From: Gammaproteobacteria bacterium
Lineage (GTDB): Bacteria; Pseudomonadota; Gammaproteobacteria; GCA-002705445; GCA-002716945
NCBI GenBank assembly: GCA_038142325.1
Contig: JAYQJW010000002.1
Span: 320,001 to 384,000, forward strand
DNA length: 64,000 nucleotides
Reading direction: 5' to 3'
Shown: positions 19,867 through 30,746 of the stretch, in pieces
How the letters are laid out: the number at the start of each line of letters is the position of its first letter
Position numbering within the stretch: position 1 is the stretch's first letter
The notes under the pieces: model-generated
Database searches by the model: none
Seen by the model: the letters and a program-made list of their open reading frames with translations, nothing else
What the model was told of the DNA's origin: nothing
Program-made: the position numbers and the translations under genes

Positions 19867-20556
19867 ATGGTACAAGAGCTTATATATAACCAAATTCCAA
19901 TAGATTTTGAATTCTTGAAAAAGAAGACATTTGATAATTTTATTATTGGAAATAATGAAAAACTATTTCATGAGTTAGCTGATGTTAGTAACAGTAATCA
20001 AATCATATTAATTTATGGACAAAAGTCATCTGGTAAAACTCATATTTGTAATGCTCTTCTCAACGAATCTAATGCATTTAATTTATTTATTAACATTGAA
20101 GTTAATTTAGACCTAATAAATCCATCTGATTCATATGATTTGCTGGTGATAGATGATCTTGATCAACTAATCAGCAAACCGATATTTGAAGAGAAATTAT
20201 TTACTATATTAAATAATCAGATTCTCAATAAAATGCCTGCAGTCATAACCTCTTCTAGAGATATCAGTGAATGTAGCTTTACTTTGAAAGATTTATCTTC
20301 AAGACTTCTATCAGATAAGATATTTACAATAAATGAGTTATCTGATTCTGAAAAAATTAAAATGATGATTTCTTTAAGTTCACAAAGAGGTCTGGTGATT
20401 CCAGAAAAATCTCTTAATTATATTATCAATAACTGCAATAGAGATTTTTTTTTTTTATGTGCTTTTATTAGAAATTTGGATGATGTTTCTTTATCTGAAA
20501 AAAAAAGAATTACAATTCCATTTATAAAAAAGGTGATTGATTTGATTAGTCATTAG
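19867..20556 (+). CDS. hda: DnaA regulatory inactivator Hda
   Basis: QIPIDF clamp-binding-like motif, TFDNF, GKTH, DLSSRL, ITIPFIK; divergent from purM. Confidence 0.85.
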   Translation: MVQELIYNQIPIDFEFLKKKTFDNFIIGNNEKLFHELADVSNSNQIILIYGQKSSGKTHICNALLNESNAFNLFINIEVNLDLINPSDSYDLLVIDDLDQLISKPIFEEKLFTILNNQILNKMPAVITSSRDISECSFTLKDLSSRLLSDKIFTINELSDSEKIKMMISLSSQRGLVIPEKSLNYIINNCNRDFFFLCAFIRNLDDVSLSEKKRITIPFIKKVIDLISH

Positions 20557-21115
20557 GGGATAGCTTGCGAACAATTTCAGCAAATCTTTTACCATAAGAA
20601 AGACAAATAGTTTTTTCTTCATCACTTAGTTCGATTGCTTCATTAAGAGAAAGATGAGTCGGACCGTATGGCGAACCTCCAGTTTTAGTTTTTGATAAGG
20701 TTTTTTCGCTATATGGCACTCCAGCGATAATCATGCCATGATGAATTAGTGGCACCATCATAGTTAGCAAAGTGGATTCTTGGCCACCATGCATACTTGA
20801 TGACGAAGTAAAGACTCCACCAAGCTTATTTTCAAGCGTTCCATTGAACCATTCTTGCGTAGTATTATCTAAAAATGCTTTAAGTGGTGAGGCCATGTTT
20901 CCAAAGTGTGTAGGACTTCCAATAATCATGCCAGAACATCTTTCTAAGTCATCTTTAGATACTATGATATCATCAGAATCTTTATATATATAAGAATCAA
21001 CTGTTCTAACTGTTGAAGTAATACCATCGACAGATTCTATACCCCTGGCGATTGACCTTGCCATTTTTTTGGTTGAATCATTTTTAGAGTAATATACTAT
21101 TAGTACATCTTTCAT
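20546..21115 (-). CDS. wrbA: NAD(P)H:quinone oxidoreductase WrbA
   Basis: GSPTHFGNM, FTSSSSMHGGQESTL, GGSPYG. Confidence 0.93.
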   Translation of the reverse strand: MKDVLIVYYSKNDSTKKMARSIARGIESVDGITSTVRTVDSYIYKDSDDIIVSKDDLERCSGMIIGSPTHFGNMASPLKAFLDNTTQEWFNGTLENKLGGVFTSSSSMHGGQESTLLTMMVPLIHHGMIIAGVPYSEKTLSKTKTGGSPYGPTHLSLNEAIELSDEEKTICLSYGKRFAEIVRKLSPND

Positions 21116-21133
21116 GTTATTAGGATACCTTTT

Positions 21134-21535
21134 ATGAGATATAAAAAGAATAGCTTAAAACTATTTTCATTATTATTAATCTCATCTCTTATTTCGTGCT
21201 CATCAAACATTCAAGATATTGAAGGCACAACACGATTTTCCACAATTGAATCAGATTCTAATTCATATAAATATCATGAGGTGAATTATGGCGACACATT
21301 ATGGTCTATTTCTGATAGATACTATCGTAATCCACTTTTATGGCCAGACATTTATAAGAAGAATCAAGAAAAAATTTATGATGCAGATTTGATTTTGCCA
21401 GGTCAAAGGCTCATAATAAATAAGCAAATTTCACCTAATGACAATAGAAAAGCAATCGGTCATGCAAAATCGAGAGGTTTATGGGTCGTAGGATATCGTG
21501 AGGAGTCAGATATAAATTTTTTGGAGAATAACTGA
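21134..21535 (+). CDS. LysM-domain lipoprotein
   Basis: Lipobox LISC; HEVNYGDTLWSIS..YYRNPLLWP.IY..N..I.DADLILPGQRL. Confidence 0.88.
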   Translation: MRYKKNSLKLFSLLLISSLISCSSNIQDIEGTTRFSTIESDSNSYKYHEVNYGDTLWSISDRYYRNPLLWPDIYKKNQEKIYDADLILPGQRLIINKQISPNDNRKAIGHAKSRGLWVVGYREESDINFLENN

Positions 21536-21840
21536 TGAGAATATTTTTACTTTTAACTGTCTTTTTTGCTTTTGCTTCATTTACATCACTTAATGCTAAC
21601 GAACTTAATCAAGAAACTTCTGCTAAAATAATTAAACAAGCTGAGACAAGTTATAAAAAAGTTCTGAGGGTGAAAAATGCTTGGAGAGATACCAATAAAA
21701 TTATAAAGCAAGCCAAGAAAGCGCATAAAGCAAAAGATTATGAAAAATCAGTGATGCTTGCCAAGAAAGCTCTTAATGAAGCTAATATGGCTTACGAACA
21801 ATATGACAAGCAAAAAGATAAATACAGGTTTTTAGATTAA
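21535..21840 (+). CDS. Exported helical protein resembling SoxXA-binding protein SoxK
   Basis: Signal peptide; AWRDTNKIIKQAKKAHKAKDYEKSVMLAKKA..EA..AYEQ resembles the SoxK WRDT motif (by eye). Confidence 0.55.
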   Translation: MRIFLLLTVFFAFASFTSLNANELNQETSAKIIKQAETSYKKVLRVKNAWRDTNKIIKQAKKAHKAKDYEKSVMLAKKALNEANMAYEQYDKQKDKYRFLD

Positions 21841-23095
21841 TTTTCAAATATCTTATCGATTGAGTCTCAAGCTGATTGAGCTTTTTTAGAATCACCTCTC
21901 TTTTTTTGAAAGTAATAGATTCAGAATCCGCCTCTGCTCTTCCGATTATTAAAAATTTTGTAATTCCTATTAATTCCCAATCATGAAGTTTGGATCCGAG
22001 CTTACTATTTCTGTCATCAAGTAAAATATCAAAGCCTTTATCAACAAGGTCACTATAAACTTTGTTTGATAGCTTTCTAACTTTCTCATTTTTATGGCCA
22101 TCAATTTCGATAATTACTACATGAAAAGGTGAAATATTCTCTGGCCATATGATTCCCTTATCATCATGATTTTGTTCAATGGCAGCTGCGATGATTCTTG
22201 ATACTCCGATACCATAGCAACCCATCTGAATATATTGATTTTTATTATCAGAGTCTGGAATCATAAGACTCATTGATTTGCTATATTTATCCCCTAGTTT
22301 GAATATGTGGCCTACTTCTATACCTTTTTTATGAACAAGATTATATTTTTCTATAATTTTTTTTATATCATCGCTTTGATATTTTTCTTTTGCAATTTCA
22401 AAATTAATACCTATACCATTTTCATCAATTAATAAATCATCTTCACCAGTATCTGCAATTACATGAAACTCATTTGATTTACTTCCACCAATGTTTCCAC
22501 TATCAGCATCAACCATTGTGTATTCAAGCCCTAGTCGCTTGAATATCTTATTGTATGTAGCCTTATATATTTCATACCATTCATCTAGGCTAGCTAAGTC
22601 TAGATGAAAAGAATATGCATCTTTCATGATAAACTCCCTTGCCCTCATTATGCCGAATCTAGGTCTTATTTCGTCTCTAAACTTTGAGGATATTTGATAC
22701 AAGTTGAGAGGAAGCTGTTTATAACTATTCAAGTTCTTTCTTACAAGGTCAGTGATAACCTCTTCAAAAGTTGGCCCAACACAATATTCACGGTCATGCC
22801 TATCTTTTAGTCTTAATAATTCTGGACCATAGTCATCCCATCTTTCTGACTCTTGCCATAATTCCGATGGTTGTATTGATGGCATGAGAATTTCTGCTGC
22901 ACCAATGCTGTTAATTTCATATCTAATTATATTTTCAATATTTTTGAGAACTTTTAGCCCTAATGGAAGAAAATTATACTGACCAGATGACTGTTGTCGG
23001 ATAAGCCCAGCTTTTATCATTAGTTTATGACTGACAATTTCAGCATCAGAAGGTTCATTTTTTTGTGTAAATAATGGAAATGTTGATGCTTTCAT
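21782..23095 (-). CDS. proS: Proline--tRNA ligase, short form without INS editing domain (C-terminus probably frameshifted near 21900)
   Basis: FRDEIRPRFGIMRAREFIMKDAYSF, GIEVGHIFKLG, MGCYGIGVSR. Confidence 0.96.
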   Translation of the reverse strand: MKASTFPLFTQKNEPSDAEIVSHKLMIKAGLIRQQSSGQYNFLPLGLKVLKNIENIIRYEINSIGAAEILMPSIQPSELWQESERWDDYGPELLRLKDRHDREYCVGPTFEEVITDLVRKNLNSYKQLPLNLYQISSKFRDEIRPRFGIMRAREFIMKDAYSFHLDLASLDEWYEIYKATYNKIFKRLGLEYTMVDADSGNIGGSKSNEFHVIADTGEDDLLIDENGIGINFEIAKEKYQSDDIKKIIEKYNLVHKKGIEVGHIFKLGDKYSKSMSLMIPDSDNKNQYIQMGCYGIGVSRIIAAAIEQNHDDKGIIWPENISPFHVVIIEIDGHKNEKVRKLSNKVYSDLVDKGFDILLDDRNSKLGSKLHDWELIGITKFLIIGRAEADSESITFKKREVILKKLNQLETQSIRYLKINLKTCIYLFACHIVRKPY

Positions 23096-23178
23096 TTTAA
23101 ATAACTAAAAGGTTTATTTGTTTAAGTTTAACATGATTGTATGTATCATATATATCAAATAATTTTGAACAATAGTTA

Positions 23179-24233
23179 ATGATCAAATACTTAAAACAAT
23201 GGTATGATGCAAATTTCACAGATCCTAATCAGGTCTCCCTTGCTTTAATATTAATATTTTCAATTTTTATCACTTATATACTAATTCAAACAATATCTCC
23301 TATTTTGGTAGCAATAGTTTTGGCATATATGTTAGAGGGTCTTGTTCAAAATTTAATGAAAACTACAAACATAATGAGAAATATATCTGTCATCATTGTT
23401 TTTTTCATTTTCTTAGTGGTTAGTGTTCTTACATTATTCATGCTTATACCTCTGTTATTAGATCAACTAACATTATTTGTAAAATCATTGCCAGAAATAT
23501 TCGATAAAAGCAAAAACCTTATTCTAGGAATGTATGATAAAAATGAATATATTCCAAAAGATTATATTGATAAAATTTTCCTAGGTCTTCAGGGCGAGAC
23601 GTCAAAATTAGGAAATTCTATTTTTGCATTCTCTCTGGCATCTGCAGGCGGACTATTTGCTATAATAGTTTATACAATTCTCGTACCCATCATGATATTT
23701 TTTATGCTCTTTGATAAAGAATCAATAAATGGCTGGATAGCAAAATTCTTTCCACAAAAACTAGAGCTTACTCAAAAAGCTTATACTGAATTAAATTTAA
23801 AAATTGGCAATTATATACGATGCAAGTTCATCGAAATTGTAATTGTCTGGTAGCATCGTTTATATTGTTCGTTCTTTTGGATCTTAACTATTCATTATTA
23901 TTGAGCTTCTTGTGTGGTGTTTCTGTAATAATTCCATACGTAGGCATGATAGCTGTAACAATTCCAATAATTCTAGTTAGTTATTTTCAATGGGGCATTG
24001 CTCCTGAGTTTTGGTATGTACTTATAGGTCATTTGTTGATTCAGGCTATTGATGGAAATGTTGTTGTTCCAATTTTATTTTCGGATGCTGTAAACATTCA
24101 TCCGTTTGCTATATTATTATCCATACTATTTTTTGGTTCTGTTTGGGGTATTTGGGGCGTATTTTTTGCTATACCTCTCGCAGTACTCATTAATACAATA
24201 TTGAATGTATGGCCTAGAGTGACTACAACATGA
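23179..24233 (+). CDS. AI-2E family transporter (PerM-like); frameshift near 23849
   Basis: Two adjacent ORFs join into one AI-2E protein (IGNYIRCK..EI / IPYVG, QAIDGNVVVPILFS..VNIHP). Confidence 0.88.
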
Positions 24234-25118
24234 ATATATTTAAAGGAAGTATGGTTGCAATAGTAACACCCATGAATGAGGACGGCTCCTTAGATTTTAA
24301 CTCGCTAAAAAATCTTATTGAATTTCACATAGAAAATCAAACAGATGTAATAATTTCTGTAGGAACAACTGGTGAATCAGCAACATTAGATTTTGATGAA
24401 CATTCACAAGTTATAAAAAAAACAATTAGATTTCGTAAATGGAAGAATACCAGTAATTGCTGGAACTGGAGCTAATTCTACAACTGAAGCAATTGAGCTA
24501 ACAAAAAGCGCTAAAAATAATGGAGCAGATGGATGTTTGCTTGTGACACCTTACTATAACAAACCTACCCAAGAAGGCCTTTACCAACATTACAATAAAA
24601 TTGCAGATGAGGTAGACATACCACAAATACTATACAATGTACCTGGAAGAACTTCGGTTGATATGCTGCCTGAAACAGTATTTAGATTATCAACACATGA
24701 AAATATTGTTGGCATTAAGGAAGCGTCAGGTAATAAAGAAAGATCAGAAACTCTTATGAAATTATGTTCTGAAAACATCAAAATTTTTACTGGGGATGAC
24801 AAGACATCTATGGGAGATATTATTGATGGCTTCAGCGGCAATATTTCTGTAACTGCAAATGTTGCTCCTAAAATGATGCACGAGATGTGTCATTTTGCTG
24901 CAAAAGGAGATTCAGCAAAGGCATCAGAATTAAACAATAAGTTAGATATTTTGCATGACTCGTTATTTTGTGAGTCTAATCCAATACCTGTAAAGTGGTG
25001 TTTGAATAGAATGGGTCTTATCAAAAAAGGTATAAGATTGCCATTAACATGGATGGATGAAAAATATGATGACACAATGAACAAGGCGCTTAATGAATCA
25101 GGAGTACTGAGTGAATAA
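24230..25118 (+). CDS. dapA: 4-hydroxy-tetrahydrodipicolinate synthase; frameshift near 24415-24430
   Basis: AIVTPM, GTTGES; shifted frame GRIPVIAGTGANST; PYYNKP, YNVPGRT, GIKEASG. Confidence 0.96.
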
Positions 25119-26194
25119 GTTTACTCAAATTATATGTTTATCTGTAATAATTTCAGGATGCTCCGGACTTTCTGATTATGCAAAGAATATTTTATCTGAT
25201 CCAAGAAATGAAAAGTTGGTTTATAAAACTGATAATGATTATTCATCAAGCCAAATAGATTTAATTATTCCACCTGATTTATCGCAACCAAATACAAGGA
25301 ACTCACTTACTTTGCCTGAAATTGTAAACAATGATAGTGAAAAACTTTTCACCATCGATTCTGAATTAGAAAATATAAAAATTTTTAAACAGGGTAAGGA
25401 TATGTTCTTAGCTGTAAATACTGATAATAAGATTGACTTATGGAATCAAATTAAAGAATTTTGGCTTCAAGAGGGTTTTCAAATTCTTAATGAGGACATT
25501 ACTATTGCTTCTATAAGAACAAATTATCTAGAGAATTTAAGCGAGGCTCAGCTAGGTACTATACAAAGAGTTGTTGGAAGGTATGTGCCACTTCTGGTTT
25601 CACCAGAGACTAGAGATAGTTACAGCACTAGGCTTATAAAAAAAGAAAATGGCTATGACATATTCATAACCCATTATGGCAAAGAATTCATGTCAGATGG
25701 AGATACAGATTTTAGATGGCAAAATAGACCTAGAGATCCAGAATTTGAAAACGAAATGATTAGCCGAATGTACATTTATCTTGGTGGTGACGAGGCTAGA
25801 GAGGCCGGACTTATTGTCTCAAAGTCAACTGGAATAAAAAAAAGCTTCAATTTTCACCGATGAGCAAGGATTACAAACATTATATATTCCTGATATATAT
25901 GAACGTGTTTATCCTACAGTGATAACATCGCTTGAGATTTTAGGAGTAAATATTATTAATCAAGATCAGTCAAGCGGAACCATAGAAGTCACACTTGAAG
26001 ATAAAGTAGCATCCAGTCAAGGATTTTTCGCTAACCTCTTTGGAACAAGTACTTCCGAAAACTTGAATATAAAAGTTGGTCTAGGTGACCAAGGTAAGTC
26101 AACTCTTATTACTATTGAAAATGACACATTCACACAAATAAATAGTCCAGCTTCAGAAGAGGTTCTAAGGGGACTTTTTGTAAACTTAAGATAA
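25111..26194 (+). CDS. bamC: Outer-membrane assembly lipoprotein BamC/NlpB-like; frameshift in A-run near 25840
   Basis: Lipobox ISGC, LIIPPDL, position immediately after dapA. Confidence 0.75.
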
Positions 26195-26200
26195 TTTTAT

Positions 26201-27013
26201 CTAACTATCTTTTACTTTGTGAATTTGCGCGTAGGCAGAGTGATTATGTATCGATTCAAAGTTTTCTGATTCAACAACATATTCTGTAACTCTGTCATCA
26301 TTGTTAAAATGAACTGCTATATCTCGAACCATATCTTCAACGAATTTAGGGTTATCGTATGCTCTCTCGGTAACAAACTTCTCATCTGGTCTTTTCAATA
26401 GTCCATATAACTCGGATGATGCCTCTTTTTCAACAATATCTATTATTTCTTCAATCCATATAAAGTCATTGATAGTTACTGTAATTGTCACATGAGACCG
26501 TTGATTATGAGCGCCGTAGTCAGATATTTTCTTTGAACAAGGACATAAACTTGTAACCGGTACGAGAACTTTAACTTTCAATTTCGATTTACCATCTTCT
26601 ACCTCACCAATTAACGACACAGTATAGTCCAATAAACTCTGAACTTTTGACACTGGTGCAGTTTTATTGATAAAGTATGGAAATTTCATTTCTATATGTC
26701 CCGACTGTGCTTCAAGTAATATAAGCATCTCATCAATCATATTTTTAAATGAATCAACTGTAATTTGATCTTCATGTTTATTTAGAATATGTACAAAACG
26801 TGACATATGCGTGCCTTTAAAATCATGGGGAAGATTTACATACATATTAAAGTTTGCAATCGTTGATTGATTTTTACCGGACCTTTGCTTTATTACCATG
26901 GGATGTACAATGTCTTTAATACCAACTTTGTTGATTGGCATGTTTCGAGTGTCTGCTTGTCCTTGAGTATCAGGTAAGTTATTGATTTCTAATTTTGATT
27001 TATTTGTAGACAT
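26201..27013 (-). CDS. folE2: GTP cyclohydrolase FolE2
   Basis: [39 protein letters not shown]. Confidence 0.96.
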   Translation of the reverse strand: MSTNKSKLEINNLPDTQGQADTRNMPINKVGIKDIVHPMVIKQRSGKNQSTIANFNMYVNLPHDFKGTHMSRFVHILNKHEDQITVDSFKNMIDEMLILLEAQSGHIEMKFPYFINKTAPVSKVQSLLDYTVSLIGEVEDGKSKLKVKVLVPVTSLCPCSKKISDYGAHNQRSHVTITVTINDFIWIEEIIDIVEKEASSELYGLLKRPDEKFVTERAYDNPKFVEDMVRDIAVHFNNDDRVTEYVVESENFESIHNHSAYAQIHKVKDS

Positions 27014-27029
27014 TATATCCCCTTATAGT

Positions 27030-27398
27030 CTAATTTGAATATATTACAGCTGAACTGTTTGTTTCCCACAACTTAATTTCACTGACTTTAATGTTATCAG
27101 TATTAATATTTTTTGATAGTTCTTTATAAATATATTTTGAAATATTTTCTGCCGTAGGGTTATTTTCAATGAATGGTTCTAAATCATTTAAATATTGGTG
27201 ATCTAACTTAGAAATGATATTTTCAAGTTCGTTTTTTATGTCTTTAAAATCAATTACCATACCTATTTTGTTGATTTGTTCACCTTCAACCTTTGCTTCG
27301 ACTACCCAATTATGACCATGCATTCTTTTACAGGCACCAGGATGACCTATAAGTATGTGTGCCGAGGAAAATTCTTTTTTTACAACAAGCCTAAACAT
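27030..27398 (-). CDS. queD: 6-carboxytetrahydropterin synthase QueD
   Basis: FSSAH, CKRMHGHNW (Cx3HGH), LDHQYLN, NPTAEN, WET. Confidence 0.92.
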   Translation of the reverse strand: MFRLVVKKEFSSAHILIGHPGACKRMHGHNWVVEAKVEGEQINKIGMVIDFKDIKNELENIISKLDHQYLNDLEPFIENNPTAENISKYIYKELSKNINTDNIKVSEIKLWETNSSAVIYSN

Positions 27399-27403
27399 TT
27401 ATA

Positions 27404-29290
27404 TTATTTAACTACTTTTTTATCGTTTGCAATTCGATTGTATATCTCATTGATTTTAAACTCTAATGATTTTTTATCTAAACCAATTTCCTTATATAAT
27501 TCATCTTGACTACCATGAGATATAAATTTGTCTGGTATTCCAAAATTAGTCACATTCACCTGATACCCTTTTTCATTAATGTATTCATTTACAGCAGAAC
27601 CGGCTCCACCTAATATAACATTCTCTTCTATGGTTACTATGTGATTATGTGTTTTGGAGATATCATCTATAACTTCATTATCTAAAGGTTTGGCAAATCT
27701 CATATCAACAAGAGTAAGTGTTAGTTTTTTTGAAATATCAATAACATTATTTAACAAAACACCAAAAACAAGAATAGCAATGCTTTGACCTTCGTTAACA
27801 ATCTTAGATTTACCAATAGTTAAAAAATCATCACATGATATTTTCTTACTACCATTCGTATTGCCTCTTGGATATCTAACTGCCGAGATACCTTTATAAT
27901 TTAAACCTGTGTTTAACATTAATTGCATTTCCTCTTCATTAGATGGAGTCATCAGAACAATATTTGGAAGTATTCGCATAAAAGAGATATCATAAATTCC
28001 ATGGTGTGTCTCACCATCAGCACCTACAAGTCCTGCTCTGTCAATGGCAAACATTACGTTAAGATTTTGTAGATTAACATCATGAATTAATTGATCATAT
28101 GCTCGTTGAAGAAATGTTGAATAAATAGCAACAATTGGTTTTAATCCTCCAATTGCTAAACCAGCAGCTAGTGTTACAGAATGTTGTTCAGCTATTCCTA
28201 CGTCAAAAAATCTATCTGGATAATTATTTTCAAACTCAACTAAACCAGAACCTTCTCTCATTGCAGGTGTAATTGCAACAAAATTAGAATTCTTTGATGC
28301 AGCACGATTAATCCAATCACTAAAAATATTAGTGTATGAAATTGTATCTTCAGATTTTTTATCACTTGCGCCGGTTTTTACATTAAATGGCGTGACTCCA
28401 TGATATTTAACTGGGTCCATCTCAGCAATCTTATAACCTTTACCTTTTTTTGTTATGATATGGAGCAGTTGAGGACCTGATTTAAGTTTTAAGTTATTCA
28501 AGACCTTGTTAAGAGACTTAATATCATGCCCATCTATAGGTCCGTAATAACTAAACCCCATCTCTTCAAATAATTGTCCTGGGGATAAAATATTTTGTGT
28601 ATTGTCTTTAATCTTTTTTAATATTTTTTTTAAAGGATGTTTATCACCTAACAATCGATCACTTTTTTGTTTTATAGTCGACAGAGTTTTACCAGATAAA
28701 ATTTTGGTAAGGTAGTTGTTCATCGCACCAACGTTAGGCGATATGGACATTTCATTATCATTGAGTATTACAAGTATATCTTTTTTAAGATAACCTGCAT
28801 GACATAGGGCTTCATATGCCATGCCTGCTGTCATTCCTCCGTCTCCAATAACAGAAATAATTTTATAATCTTGTTTTTTTAAATCTCTTGCTATGCACAT
28901 TCCAACTGCAGCACTTATTGATGTGCTTGAATGTCCAGCACCAAAGACGTCATATTCACTCTCATCAATTTTAAGAAAACCTGATATCCCTTTATATTTT
29001 CTTATTGTATGTAATTTCTTTTTTCTCCCAGTGAGTATCTTATGCGGATAACATTGGTGACCAATATCCCAAATAATTTTATCTCTAGGTGTATCAAATG
29101 TGTAGTGAAGAGATATAGATAACTCAACAGTTCCGAGACCTGCAGCAAGATGACCACCAGTTTTCGAAATCACATCTAAAATATAATTTCTTATATTATC
29201 AGCGAGAAGTTCTAATTCATTATCGTTGTATTTTTTAAGGTCAGAGGGATAATCAACTTCATCCAAAAATGAATAATCATTACTTTTCAT
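27404..29290 (-). CDS. dxs: 1-deoxy-D-xylulose-5-phosphate synthase
   Basis: GGHLAAGLG, WDIGHQ, GHSSTSISA, DVGIAEQH, DGETHHG. Confidence 0.97.
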   Translation of the reverse strand: MKSNDYSFLDEVDYPSDLKKYNDNELELLADNIRNYILDVISKTGGHLAAGLGTVELSISLHYTFDTPRDKIIWDIGHQCYPHKILTGRKKKLHTIRKYKGISGFLKIDESEYDVFGAGHSSTSISAAVGMCIARDLKKQDYKIISVIGDGGMTAGMAYEALCHAGYLKKDILVILNDNEMSISPNVGAMNNYLTKILSGKTLSTIKQKSDRLLGDKHPLKKILKKIKDNTQNILSPGQLFEEMGFSYYGPIDGHDIKSLNKVLNNLKLKSGPQLLHIITKKGKGYKIAEMDPVKYHGVTPFNVKTGASDKKSEDTISYTNIFSDWINRAASKNSNFVAITPAMREGSGLVEFENNYPDRFFDVGIAEQHSVTLAAGLAIGGLKPIVAIYSTFLQRAYDQLIHDVNLQNLNVMFAIDRAGLVGADGETHHGIYDISFMRILPNIVLMTPSNEEEMQLMLNTGLNYKGISAVRYPRGNTNGSKKISCDDFLTIGKSKIVNEGQSIAILVFGVLLNNVIDISKKLTLTLVDMRFAKPLDNEVIDDISKTHNHIVTIEENVILGGAGSAVNEYINEKGYQVNVTNFGIPDKFISHGSQDELYKEIGLDKKSLEFKINEIYNRIANDKKVVK

Positions 29291-29483
29291 CGTCTAAGAC
29301 TTTAATAATCTGTTTAGCTTCGCTTAGTGCTTTTTGACACTTTTTAGACAATTCCACACCTTCTTTATACTTCTCTAAAGACTCTTCCAATGACAGTTTA
29401 TCAGATTCAATTTCTTCTAATATCTCTTGAAGTTTTTTTAGGTCATTTTCAAAGCTACTTATATTGGTTTTTCTTTTATTCAT
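29280..29483 (-). CDS. xseB: Exodeoxyribonuclease VII small subunit
   Basis: SFE..L..L..I...IE...LSLEESL..Y.EG..L...C. Confidence 0.9.
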   Translation of the reverse strand: MNKRKTNISSFENDLKKLQEILEEIESDKLSLEESLEKYKEGVELSKKCQKALSEAKQIIKVLDDEK

Positions 29484-30738
29484 TTTCGACTTCTTTAATA
29501 ATAGCTTTTTCTACAAAATTTTTATTAACTTCCATTACTTCTATAATAATATTATCTTGTTTAAATGTCATACCTGCTTTTGGTATCTCTTGCAAAGATT
29601 CTAGGATAAAACCATTGATTGTTGTTACTGAGACATCAGACAAGCTTATTCCAAGTTTTTTATTAATATCCCTTAGTTGTACTGAACCATGAATTTCTAA
29701 TTTATTTTGCGATAGTTGTTTGATTAATTCATTTTTATCATCGACTATACTATATTCACCAACTATTTCCTCTAGAATATCGTCAAGTGTCAATATACCT
29801 TTTATGTCTCCATATTCATCAACAACACAGCCAATTCTCTTCTTTTCTTTTTTAAAAGTTATTAGCTGGCTTAGTAACGATGTATCTTCAGGTATGAAGT
29901 AAGGCTCTGTAACATAATCCAAGAGCGCATCTATGTTAATAATATCATTATTTTGAATCATTGAAGGGATATGTTTTTTATTTAGAAAACCTTTTAGATT
30001 ATTCAAAGAATTTAAATAAATAGGCATCCTTGTGTGATTTATATTAATCAATTTATCGTTAATTTTTTTGATATTGTCTTCTAGGTCAATGCCCTCAACT
30101 TCATTTTTTGGTATCATTGCTTGCTGTACTGTAACCTTTTGTAGATCAAGCAAGTTTAAAAGCATTTCTTCATAATTTTCCGTAATCTTACTTGACGATT
30201 CTTTTACTATTGTTTTTATTTCTTCATTAGAAAGATTATCTGTCTCTTTAGCCTTACTATTTGCGCTAAAGATACTCAAAATAAAATTAGAAAAAATATT
30301 TATAAAAATTACTACTGGAGAAAATAATTTAAGCGAGTAGTAAAATATAAATGAAATTTTATATGCAATTATATCTGAATATCGAGATGCAAATGTTTTT
30401 GGTGTAACTTCAGAAAATACCAAAATCATAAAAGTTAGTATGCCGGCACCAATCGCGACACCTTTATCTCCATATGTTTCTATGGCAATAATTATTGTTA
30501 TTGCTGACGCAAGTATGTTGACAAAGTTATTAAGCAAGAGAATTAAACCTAGAGTTCTATCTGTATGTCTTAGTAAATAATCTACTCTAATAGCTGACGA
30601 TTCATTATTCTTAACTCTATGTTTGAGTTTATATTTGTTAACGCTCATTAATGCTGTTTCAGAACCAGAAAAAAAGGCAGATAAAAATAAAAGCACTATT
30701 AATATAATAATTAGAGTATCTAATGTTAGTGAGCTCAT
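29476..30738 (-). CDS. CNNM/HlyC/CorC family transporter (YfjD-like)
   Basis: SAFFSGSETAL, NNFVNI, FSEVTPK, CBS pair, VVDEYG, DILEEIVGE. Confidence 0.92.
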   Translation of the reverse strand: MSSLTLDTLIIILIVLLFLSAFFSGSETALMSVNKYKLKHRVKNNESSAIRVDYLLRHTDRTLGLILLLNNFVNILASAITIIIAIETYGDKGVAIGAGILTFMILVFSEVTPKTFASRYSDIIAYKISFIFYYSLKLFSPVVIFINIFSNFILSIFSANSKAKETDNLSNEEIKTIVKESSSKITENYEEMLLNLLDLQKVTVQQAMIPKNEVEGIDLEDNIKKINDKLININHTRMPIYLNSLNNLKGFLNKKHIPSMIQNNDIINIDALLDYVTEPYFIPEDTSLLSQLITFKKEKKRIGCVVDEYGDIKGILTLDDILEEIVGEYSIVDDKNELIKQLSQNKLEIHGSVQLRDINKKLGISLSDVSVTTINGFILESLQEIPKAGMTFKQDNIIIEVMEVNKNFVEKAIIKEVENE

Positions 30739-30746
30739 TACTTAAA

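Noticed and set aside
23179-26194. perM, dapA and bamC as true pseudogenes or phase-variable genes
   Set aside because: Each is restored by a single-base indel with otherwise intact sequence, and dapA is essential. The pattern fits sequencing error.
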